From: Eukaryota sp. TZLM1-RC
Taxonomy: Eukaryota; Protista; Metamonada: BaSk clade
Assembly: GCA_040285825.1 (NCBI GenBank)
Contig: JAUPSS010000007.1
Span: 1,648,689-1,712,688 of the forward strand
Direction: 5' to 3'
Length of the DNA stretch: 64,000 nucleotides
Position 1 is the first letter of the stretch. Each line of letters starts with the position of its first letter. This document shows positions 52,659 through 62,434 of this stretch, piece after piece. The translations under genes and the position numbers were made by a program. Below the pieces are notes generated by a model, which was given only the letters and a program-made list of their open reading frames with translations, was not told where the DNA came from and did no database searches.

Positions 52659-53761
52659 TGATGCCGTTAGGCAGATGAACACACGAAGGAGAGAGAGAAA
52701 TCTGTTGTTTATTAATAAAGCTGATTCATAAATGAGTATCACGTCATCAGTCGAAATACAAAGAAACCTACTAATTCAATTTGAGTGCAACAACAACACT
52801 ACTTTTTCCCACTTTTCTGAGGACAAATACAGTACTGGCTCAATAGAGGGAAAATATGGGGTTTGTTAAACTCTTTGGTGCATCGTTTGTGTGACACAAA
52901 TAATTTACCTCATGTTTGATTTTAGATGGACAATCGCGGGAGATGTGTCCAGGCTTGTGGCACTTGAAGCACGATTGATTTTTTAAATCCTGAGAGCGCC
53001 AAGAGGACCTCGTTTTAGTGCCAGCCGTACGTTCCACATCATTCACTGAGGTTTTGAAACCACGAGTCCATGAAGCAACCCTAGAGCAGTCCAACAGCTC
53101 ATCAGTAGTGGTTTCGACAAGAGAGTGAAGATCTGGGAATACATCATCTCGAATTCTCGCTAGTAGAGAACGTTGAAGACCTACGGGAAGAATTCCTCTG
53201 GCAAATCGATTCAGAAAAGCTGTGTCTGGTAACTTCAGTCCGGAAGCCCTACTCTTTACCTGGAGGAAACGTCGCAGGTAACAGGACATACGTTCTCGGA
53301 CGTCACCAATTCGGACATCAAGCTTCAGTTCTGACATAGCCAGACTAAAATCTTCGTACGTGGCAAACGATACGACAGATTGAAGATGTCTAAGAAGAAC
53401 ATCGTCACTGGAAGAGACGTCGGATTTCTGGAGAGATAGGGACTCTAACAGAAAAGAATCGACCAAGAGTCTTGCTGGAACAAGCTCTTTCTTAGAAGTC
53501 ACAGAAGAATAGATCTTCCACTCTTGTAGGAACAAGAGAACACTTTCAACTTTCATGGAAGAAAGAGACGGGAGGTTGACAGAAGGAACAGTCATCTGAA
53601 ATAAGAAGGGCCAATAATTATTGATGCCGTTAGGCAGATGAACACACGAAGGAGAGAGAGAAATCTGTTGTTTATTAATAAAGCTGATTCATAAATGAGT
53701 ATCACGTCATCAGTCGAAATACAAAGAAACCTACTAATTCAATTTGAGTGCAACAACAACA
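52659..53761 (-). mobile_element. 1103-bp gag-only LTR retroelement
   Basis: Identical 140-bp LTRs 52659..52798 and 53622..53761 with TG..CA ends, 4-bp TSD TTAG on both sides, polypurine tract AGAAAAGTGGGAAAAAGTAG (52799..52818, minus). Confidence 0.93.
52840..53595 (-). CDS. Gag-like protein with CCHC zinc knuckle
   Basis: 251-aa intact ORF between LTRs; YLRRF..RFARGI capsid-like segment, CFKCHKPGHISRDC. Confidence 0.88.
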   Translation of the reverse strand: MTVPSVNLPSLSSMKVESVLLFLQEWKIYSSVTSKKELVPARLLVDSFLLESLSLQKSDVSSSDDVLLRHLQSVVSFATYEDFSLAMSELKLDVRIGDVRERMSCYLRRFLQVKSRASGLKLPDTAFLNRFARGILPVGLQRSLLARIRDDVFPDLHSLVETTTDELLDCSRVASWTRGFKTSVNDVERTAGTKTRSSWRSQDLKNQSCFKCHKPGHISRDCPSKIKHEVNYLCHTNDAPKSLTNPIFSLY

Positions 53762-56316
53762 TTAGCAGAAATGCACAATCTGGGTGGAAAGTCAACGCCA
53801 TTGTCTACAGTTATTTCACTGAATAGATTTAGGCTCCGTCAATTCAAAAACTTGTTTTTAGTTGATGATAGAGATTGCTTGAGTCCTTTGTTTCATCATC
53901 CTGAAAATATGTTAGACCTTCTGATTGATGAATTTTTCGCTTTATGTGAACAACATGATATAAGAAATAATTAACTAAGAGACATATTTGAAGGTCTTAT
54001 TGAGCCATTCACTTGTCAAATTACTTGCCAAATTCACTGACGAGAATTTAGTTGATAATATATTTCCAGTGGATATTCATTTTCTTGCAGACGCTGTTGA
54101 AAAAGAATCTCAAATATTCCTAAAACCAGCAATTACAATTGCCCAATATATCTCCAGTAGAGAGAAAAAACCTAATCATATTTCTCCTGTTTCAACCACT
54201 GTAGGCTCTGGATATTATATTATTATTTTATACAAGAACACTATGGAGAATTGTTAAACAAACATTGATGGACGATTTATCATCTACACAGACGCTGAAA
54301 ATGTCCAATACACTGGCCCAAATTACGAAATTCAAACCACCTCAGCAATTTGACTTTTGGTCTAATATTCTCGATTTAAATCAACCAATGTTCAAACAGA
54401 AGAGCTATAAATTCAACAACATTATACACACAGACGGATTTAATATTGCAGTAGAATTTGTTCGTCGGGATCTACAAGGTCAGAGATGTAAGCCAGACAA
54501 CAAGGCTAGTGTTTCTGATTTATATATTCATGATGTTGATGTTGATGCTTTTCAAGACAAACGAATGTTTGTTTGTGATCCTGGAAAACGTGATTTATTA
54601 TACTTTGGCAGCAAAAAGACTGATGAAGAACTAGCTATGGTGCCTGAACATGAAACTGAACGGCAAAGAAATAGTCGGGTGATGAATCAAGACAAGAAAT
54701 TCAAATGGTTGAGAATGACTCAGATGTCCTGGTCTATGAAAAGTAGGATTAATGAAAAAGAAAAACGTTGGGCGACAAAGTATACTGGGGTAGATTACGA
54801 AGGCACCAAATGATAGAGTCTAACGAAATGACAATCGAAGATCAAACACCGAATTAACCGCATTTGCTGCCAGTTCAGCAACTTTTACAGATTTTTCCAA
54901 CTTTGTGGTTGCCAAACTTCGGCAAGTTTCTTTGACAATTAACTGTTACAGTTTTGACCTGTGGAGCATTCAAAAAATGCAAGGTTTTGTTCACAAGCAA
55001 AAGACTGAAAGTTGGTTGTTGAAAAACCTTGTTCAGCAGTGTGACAATCCAAAAGACACTTAAATACTAATGGGTGATTATAGTACAAAAGGTTCCAAGA
55101 ATTTGAAACATCAGAGACCTACTCGAGGCATTGGATGGATTCAAGTTATGAAGAGAAATGGATTTGAAGTATTGATGATTAATGAAGCTTTCATTTCAAC
55201 AAAATGTTTTGTTTGTTTTGAAAAGGTTTCTACGTTTTTGAGAGTAACAAATCCCAGATTCTATGTAAGAGAAAAGACTCCTGTTACTACATGTCATGGT
55301 TCATTAGCTTGTAACAGTGAGACTTGCAAAACCAGTAACAAAGGCTCAACAAAGCTTTTCAATAGAAATAAGCTGGCTTGTGTCAATATGTTTGCAATTG
55401 CTGAAGCGAGAATGAGTGGTAATGAAAGCCTCAGTATTTGTGTAGTAGATAGTTTTTGTAATTATTCCACACGAAAATTGATTGTGTATCTATGGGAATT
55501 TCCCACTTGCCTAAACCAGACTCCTTGAGCAGAGCAGTAAGTTGCTAGAATTCATGAAACATGTACCTCAATTCTACAAGCGTGCGAATTAACTAAAGTG
55601 TTTGAAGTTGTGTATTTGTCAGTAAATAATTGTTTATAATATAAAGTTTAAGTATGCAATTTTGTTATGCCTATCTACTTTAGACTTATAAGAAAATGGC
55701 AAAAATTAAAAATTAAAACTGATGTCACTTTAATTGGACAAAAACAGTTATCGTTTAGATACCTGTACGATTTATTTTTTCGAAATATTTTACATTGACA
55801 TTTAATTGGAGGTTTCGGCCGAACTCAGAGATCAACCTAGGTACGTAACAAAAGATTCAACACATTGTAAGTAATTGCAAATGTCCTTGTCTTTGTGCAA
55901 TTAATCAGTGTGATATGAGGAATTTACAGACTTTTTTATAATGAGTTGAGTTAGTTTATAACATTAATGGTTCAGGTTCCAACCACAACATTATACCTGA
56001 CATTTAACCTTCCATAGTTACTTGATCAAATATCATCAACTATTTTCCCAGAAATTGCTGTCATTGTTGATTGTACAATGATCCTCTATGTATGTGATAC
56101 AGTCTAAAATCATGAAATCTGCAACATATTTCAAGTCCATCTAAGGATATTTATACCAAAATTCTCTCCTGAACTGCAACAGTGTACGAAACAAGACACT
56201 GCTGTACGATTGTTTTTGTTTGTGACTGTGGGAGTTGTGATTTGGGCTTTGAGATACATATTGCAAATATTAATTTAATATTAGTAAATCAAAGACACAT
56301 TCAAATTAAAAACTAT

Positions 56317-58083
56317 TTATAGTCCCAAATCCATAATAACTTCAAGATTTAGTTCCAAAATACTACAAGGAAAAGCTAAATCGAAATTCCTAACAACATC
56401 CACAGCCACGGAACCTAATTCACCTACAACTACTTCATCTTTTGTTTCAGAATTAACCAAAACTATGCTAGCTTGATGTCCCCTAATAAGATAAGGTAAT
56501 TCCTGTGCTTTTAAAGTAAATTGATATGGACCTAAATCCAGCCACTGAGCAATTCTGTCAAGAAGTCCATGAATAAACTCAAAACCAGCTGTATTAGAGC
56601 TGTATAGAGCAGCCAATCTTTTTTGATTGATTGCTCCATTCTGATCACTTTCAGAGAGGGTCACTACATCACCAATCTCATAGAGTTTCAAAGGTCTAGC
56701 CAAGCCCTTATTATGACCTGCAGTCTTCAACAGTCCAGGGATTAATGAGCTTCGAACACGTTCAAAGTCACTTCCTTTGGGATTGGAGACAACAACACCA
56801 TTGTCCTCAATACCAAGGAATGAAGATGAATCTTGAACAGACATTAAAGTGAAGGTACAAATTTCAACAAATCCAAAAGAAGAAATTGATTGGCGTAAAT
56901 ACTCAACTAACTCCATACTAGGCAATTCAGATCCAATGGTGACAATGTCAGGCAAAGAAACAGGAACCTTACCAAACCCATAAGCAACTGCAGCATCTTC
57001 AACGATGTCACAAGGATGAAGAATGTCATTTCTGGTTGGAGGAATCGAAACAGAAACAGTAGAGTTTGAAACTTTTTCAGCAGTTAGCATCATTTTCTTA
57101 AGTAATGCTATGGCTGAATCAGCAGAAATCTCAACTCCGATCATCTTAGATATATCAGAGACCTCAACGTTCATTCGACGAAGATCCATCTGGGGAGTGA
57201 TTTGGGAAAATTCATTATAGGTTACCTTAACTGGAATGTAACCATTTTTCTGATCACAAAGACTACTAAACATGGAAACAATACAAGACAAAACATCTTG
57301 AGCCTTGGTTTTATCGGTAGCGGTACACTCAATAAGGATATTTCTAGTGTTGAGGGTGATCTTGGAATGATTACCATTAATAACTGGGGGTAGAGAAAGA
57401 ACAGTGTTCTGAGAGTCGTAGATGACTGGATGACGTTTCCAGTCATTGATGATTGAGACATAGGGTCTTAAATAATGACCTGGTTGGGAAAACTCATTTA
57501 AAACATTTCTAGCACATTTTACCTCGCTTCCATTGAGAGGAGCAAAGTTGATATCATCAACAGAGTCAGTGGTGTAAGTTAAAGGTCCTTGAATGGTATC
57601 CAAGTCATGAGTCCCAATAGCTACAAGAGTTCTTCGACGGCAATAGTTTTGGTGAAGTTTATCTTGGAGGTCAATAAAAGATTTGTAGGTCTCGTTAGTA
57701 AGCGTGACATTGGGAAGGATGGCAGCAACAATGAAAGGACGAACAGTGGAAGTGGACTGGTCGACAATGATCTCAAATGTAGCAGGGGAAAGTGCCGAGA
57801 AGCAAGGTGTGGGTTCAGTGTTGTACATGAAACACCTGAGTGCAGTTGCAATGCCTTCTACACAGAGGAGGTCTATACGGTTAGCAGGAACCTCAATGCG
57901 GTAAATAACGGCATCACTATCACCTGATACTGTGCTTTTGGCAGAGGTGTTAAGTTGTGATTCAGTTGTCTCCTCATCAAGTTCTATTCCAAAGTCGAAA
58001 CAAAGGTCTTCAAATTGTTGCTTGGTAAAAGTCTTTTCTAATTGGGAAAAGAGGACATCACGAGGAACAGAAACTGTGGGCAT
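56317..58083 (-). CDS. FARSB: Phenylalanyl-tRNA synthetase beta subunit
   Basis: MPTVSV start, FEDLCFDFGIELD, EVPANRIDLLCVEG, FIDLQDKLHQN, AIGTHDLD, PPTRNDILHPCDIVEDAAVAYG. Confidence 0.97.
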   Translation of the reverse strand: MPTVSVPRDVLFSQLEKTFTKQQFEDLCFDFGIELDEETTESQLNTSAKSTVSGDSDAVIYRIEVPANRIDLLCVEGIATALRCFMYNTEPTPCFSALSPATFEIIVDQSTSTVRPFIVAAILPNVTLTNETYKSFIDLQDKLHQNYCRRRTLVAIGTHDLDTIQGPLTYTTDSVDDINFAPLNGSEVKCARNVLNEFSQPGHYLRPYVSIINDWKRHPVIYDSQNTVLSLPPVINGNHSKITLNTRNILIECTATDKTKAQDVLSCIVSMFSSLCDQKNGYIPVKVTYNEFSQITPQMDLRRMNVEVSDISKMIGVEISADSAIALLKKMMLTAEKVSNSTVSVSIPPTRNDILHPCDIVEDAAVAYGFGKVPVSLPDIVTIGSELPSMELVEYLRQSISSFGFVEICTFTLMSVQDSSSFLGIEDNGVVVSNPKGSDFERVRSSLIPGLLKTAGHNKGLARPLKLYEIGDVVTLSESDQNGAINQKRLAALYSSNTAGFEFIHGLLDRIAQWLDLGPYQFTLKAQELPYLIRGHQASIVLVNSETKDEVVVGELGSVAVDVVRNFDLAFPCSILELNLEVIMDLGL

Positions 58084-59029
58084 TGGATAAGGTCTTTTGT
58101 TGAAGAATATTTGTTTCAATTTCCCAACAAAGAAATTAATCAAGCTAAAGCTCCACATTCTCTGAATTTGCTTCTCCAGCGTCGAAACAATTGATCAGGT
58201 TAGATTGAGAAACCTGACCAACTGAATAAAACACATCAGATAATAATTTCTCCAAAATTGCAAAAATAAACAATTCTATTTTGCCAGGAGACAGGATAAA
58301 ACATTCTTCAAGTGAATTCGTTTTGAACAAATGCTTTAATCTTCAAGGAACGGCAACACAGCATTACTCAGCAAAGAAGAAACACAAAATAAAATAAATA
58401 AAAAGAAAGAAAGAATAAAAATAAAGAGGCAGAAAATATATATTGGCATCGAAATCATTCATTAACAGAAGAAATCAGTTTCACACATTTAGCTTATTTT
58501 TCTCCAGCAAGAAGCGTAATGTTGTCATTAGAATTCATCAAATACTCATCAAAAAAGTAAAGACCAAAACACATAACATCTGAGATATTGAAATTTCCTT
58601 TTCATTGAACAGAGAAATGTTGATGGCTACAACAGCCGCGGAACTATTTTGAACACCTTTTACAATTTCCAGAGCAGTATTCTCTATTTTGGCCGAGTCG
58701 AGTTGACTTCACAGTCCAAGTTTCACATTTAATTTAATGAGACCATACTGTTACTTTTTTAAGCACAATCGTAAAAAATGGTGAAAGATTAGGAATTTCT
58801 TGAACTGAAAGAAATTGAGGAAAACTGAGTCGAAAAACATACGTTTGAATTCCATTATTCCTGGAATTCTGGATTTTGGAGTTCTTCTGAGTATTGCTGG
58901 AATTCTTTAAATTTTTCTTTAGGAATTTGGAATTCCAAAATGAAAAAGCTAGAATTTAAAAGTATGTCCAAAATTAACTAGGTAAATTATCTAATACTCA
59001 TTGAATTTGAATTTAAGTCTTTTAGAATT

Positions 59030-59545
59030 GTTCTTGGCACATCTGTTGTCAAATCTGTTTGATGCTGAAGATGACAATAAGAATAATAGAGGTGATGTCA
59101 TATTACATGGAATAGATGGAACTTTCATTTTATTGGAAGTAATGTCTGTTGATCCTTGCAATGTCTCAAATGAAAGGCTTGCTAATGCTGCAATTCATAA
59201 TCCTCTTTCAAATGCTGAAAATTTCAAAATCAAAACAATACAGTGAACTTTTGTCCAAATTGTCTACCCAACAGCAAGCACAATAAAATTTGTATCCTTT
59301 TGTATCTTCTCTATTTAATTCACTTGCTTCCATTGTTTTACGTTTTATGGTAGAATTTGAAATGATTGTAAAGAAATGGACCATTAGAAATTTTGAAAGT
59401 TTGTTTTGGCAAAATAGAATTGTGTTTCCATTTTCAAGAGGATGTTGAAGATATTTTCTGATGCTCTGCTTTCTCGTGGACCTCGCTATGAAAGAATTGC
59501 ATCTAGTTAATTTGTTTTGGGAGAGATGGATTATTGAGATGTTGA
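59030..59545 (+). mobile_element. Decayed RLE-domain fragment of a non-LTR element
   Basis: NNRGDVIL..LLEVMSVDP..AENFKI and WQNRIVF, similar to 46600..47118. Confidence 0.6.
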
Positions 59546-59926
59546 TTTATAAATACTATTTGGTTTCATTATTAACGAAAAACTACAAGAAACAATGTTA
59601 GAGAAGAAGGGTAACTGGAAATTCTTTCTACCAGTAGCATGAGGAGGAAAACATCGGGAGAGAACACCAGGTGTCGGAGATGAGAATAAAGAAACAGAAG
59701 GTGCAACAGAGCCAATAAGGTTGAATCGTTTTGTGCGAGACCAGAGAATTGAGTTTCCTTTAGATATGTAGCGAATTCTGTGAGATGGTACAGATAAGGC
59801 AAGAAAATCGTGAAGAGTGAGGAAGAATACACCGCCAAAGCTATCCTCAAAACCAACAAAGAAACGTTCTTTAGACAAAGAAGTATCGTGGACTAATCTG
59901 TTGATTATGCTGAGAGCGTCTTTCAT
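59531..59926 (-). CDS. MJ1316 (DUF504-like) RNA-end recognition domain protein, probably truncated
   Basis: IINRLVHD..FFVGFEDSFGG..VPSHRIRYI..ILWSR fits the MJ1316 pattern (R..WD..GYEDRF..IP.HRI.Y..VW.R). Confidence 0.7.
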   Translation of the reverse strand: MKDALSIINRLVHDTSLSKERFFVGFEDSFGGVFFLTLHDFLALSVPSHRIRYISKGNSILWSRTKRFNLIGSVAPSVSLFSSPTPGVLSRCFPPHATGRKNFQLPFFSNIVSCSFSLIMKPNSIYKSTSQ

Positions 59927-60132
59927 GAGTTACATAGTGTTGAAATTCCAGAAACTATTACAAAGGATACCTAGTTTATGAATCTAGTTTATGAAGTGAG
60001 GGGAAAGTGTGGGAATAGTGAAAACCTCCCAAAACCAAGTTGAGGGTTAAAAACCTCCCAGAATAGGCAACCAGAAGTCGAAAATGGGTGACAAGTGTAA
60101 AATTTGATAGATGAGCTCTTTATTCTCACTAC

Positions 60133-62088
60133 ATGTCAGACGCCCACTCTGTGTCACGTGTATTCACTCGGTCTTGTGCACTTAACTCGCTGCTGACCCC
60201 TGCAGCGGTGCAACAAATTCGGACTGACCTTCATGTGGTCACCGAGATTTGTCATGAAGCTTCTTTATTACTTCAATCTTTTCTTCTAAATTTTCCGTTG
60301 GCATCTAGAGCTTTAGTGGAACAGGATGTATGGTATCTGTTTATGACCGTCATCACCACTGGTTCTTTTCCTAACCCTTCCACATCTAAAGGCCAACGCC
60401 AATTACTCCATATCTTTAACAATGGATTTCTTCCTGAATGCCCACAAGACAGGTCTCTTGTTTCTGTGTGGGAAAATTCTTTAGTGCCTCACAGAAATTC
60501 ATTAAATCTTTTTCTCAATGCTTGGCTGCAATCTCAGAATTGTAATTTTATCAATAGAAAAGGGCTTTCTCCTTACCTTGCTTGTCGGGCTCGTCAATTG
60601 GCGTCTAACGTGAAGACAAGTTTACCTAAAATTTGTCAATCCTGGACAAAAAACTTTATTCGTGCTCATTGTAGAGCCCTGGATAAAACAAATATCTTTG
60701 CAAATAATATTCTTTCACTTTTGCCAGATGAACCACTAGCCCAACCCGAGGAAGTAGTAGTTGATTCTGTTCTTGAATACCTCATCAATTTCAATTTGAA
60801 TAATTCAAGAGAAAGATTCTTCTTATTAAATGCATGTAAGTTTATCTTGAATCTTTTTCAAAGATTTCCTACCACCGCCTCCCTACTGTCCTCACATGAT
60901 AAAATCACTTTTTCATCAAAGGAAATTGGTGAGCTTTTTCTCTTTAATCTTAAAATTTCACAATACTTACTCACTTTCTTTTCTCATATGCATTGCTGGA
61001 AGAAATTTAGAATAATACCTTTAGCTTCTCATAAAGGTTCTAAATTTATTGAGGTACCTTCACATGTTTTCCACTCTGTGAAAAAATTTCCACTTATTGC
61101 CGGATCATCTTCGAAAACAAAGTTGATCAAAAATACAGGTCTGAAACGAATATTCAAACAATGTCCTTACCAAAAATTCAATAACAACAGAAAAAGTTTA
61201 AAAAACATATTTAAAAATATTTTATTGAAATCTAATGGTAATGAAATGCTTTTGACCTTTGAAGGTAAAAATGATGACTCAGAAAAAACAGATGAGCTGG
61301 ATGAACCACCGAAAAAGAAAAGAAGATCAAAAAATGAAATGAAAAGTGACCCTAATGCCAACAAAACCAGAGAAACACAGTTGAAGGGTACTAAAAAATG
61401 CCCCGTCGAAGACGTAGAGATCCAGTCGAAATTTTACCTGAAAGCCCCCTTATCGGCGTTGATCTTGGCCAATCAAGATTATGTGGTTACTTCTTAAATG
61501 ATAATCAATGTGGAGTTATCCATTGTCCAACTGGCAGAAGATACATGACAAAACCTTCACCCAGTAAACACTCTCCCAACCAATATTCCGTTCAAAATTT
61601 CAACCAATATTTGAACCATTGGAATTTGGTCAGGAGGAAAGTGTACTTGGAAAGTAATCGCCAGAAATGGAAAATAATTAATTTTGATAACCGCAGACGA
61701 AAAGATAGACGGTTCAGAGAGATAGTCTCAACAAATTTCAAAGGCTGGCTGGACATCCTGATAAACTCTATCTTGCTGTGGGTTCTGCTAATTTCCCCTC
61801 TCATTGCCGAAAAGTCAATCGATATGGATCAGCAAGGGCTTTCGGAAAAGGTTGTGTTATCAAAAGGACGTGAAGCACTTGTCAACCAGTGAATTTAATA
61901 CAAGCAAACTGTCCAGTTGTTGCATGGCCGAGAATATTCAAGCAGGATCATGGCAAATGCGTATTTGTACTGAGTGTCAAATAGTATATGACAGAGATAT
62001 TTCCGATGCAAAAAATATTCAAATTAAGAAGAAAGCGGAATTGTGACCGGAAAGATACATTTGCCCAGATGCTCTGTTGAGGAGATGA
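60133..62088 (+). pseudogene. Fanzor (TnpB-like) nuclease, RuvC triad retained, about three frameshifts
   Basis: ORFs 60133..61497, 61398..61892, 61804..62046: SCALNSLL..EASLLL, ARQLASNV, FRIIPL, IGVDLG (RuvC-I), LAVGSANF, SEFNTSKLSSCC (RuvC-II), CTEC..YDRD..AKNI (RuvC-III). Confidence 0.82.
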
Positions 62089-62434
62089 ATAGGGAACGTG
62101 AGCATACAGAAACTAAAGCTTTTGAGACCGATCTACAAATGCCTTAGTAGCATTTGGTAGATCTACTTAGATACATCAAGTCGCGAGGCTTTGTTCTGTG
62201 AAAGCAGTAGGTGCATTTAAGTGAGGTAGCCCATTGATGAAGATCATGATTGTCTTTGTCAAATGACGCTACATGTCTCTTACAGCCTGTGAGTAGACAT
62301 TGAGAAAATTGAAAACAGGAGTGAATTTCACAGGGGAATACATGACAAGTGAAATTCACAGTTAATGAAAAACATTAAACAGCCTCCCTCCAACAACCAT
62401 TCTCCTTGAGCTCATCTTTCTTTTCTAACCTCCG

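Larger units (their letters stand above)
51037..55528 (+). pseudogene. Fanzor (TnpB-like RuvC) pseudogene with N-terminal PolB-type 3'-5' exonuclease domain, interrupted by an LTR element
   Basis: Exo motifs IDLETY (51361), NHNLIQFD, YGLHDC; Fanzor motifs YKTIRATVNS, LKLYL, NNLKLNYEKH, FWS..YKFNNIIHTDG, VCDPGKRDLLY, GDY..PTRGIG, INEAFISTKCFVC, CHGSLAC..FNRNKLACVNM; stops and frameshifts. Confidence 0.82.

Noticed and set aside
56030-56100. FPEIAVIVDCT resembling a Harbinger/ISL2EU transposase motif near the Fanzor
   Set aside because: Single short motif, no supporting downstream motifs or open frame.
60109-62417. 10-bp inverted repeat agatgagctc/gagctcatct flanking the Fanzor as TIRs
   Set aside because: Short, mostly a 6-bp palindrome, no TSD, and right copy is 17 bp from the POLE2 ATG; likely chance.
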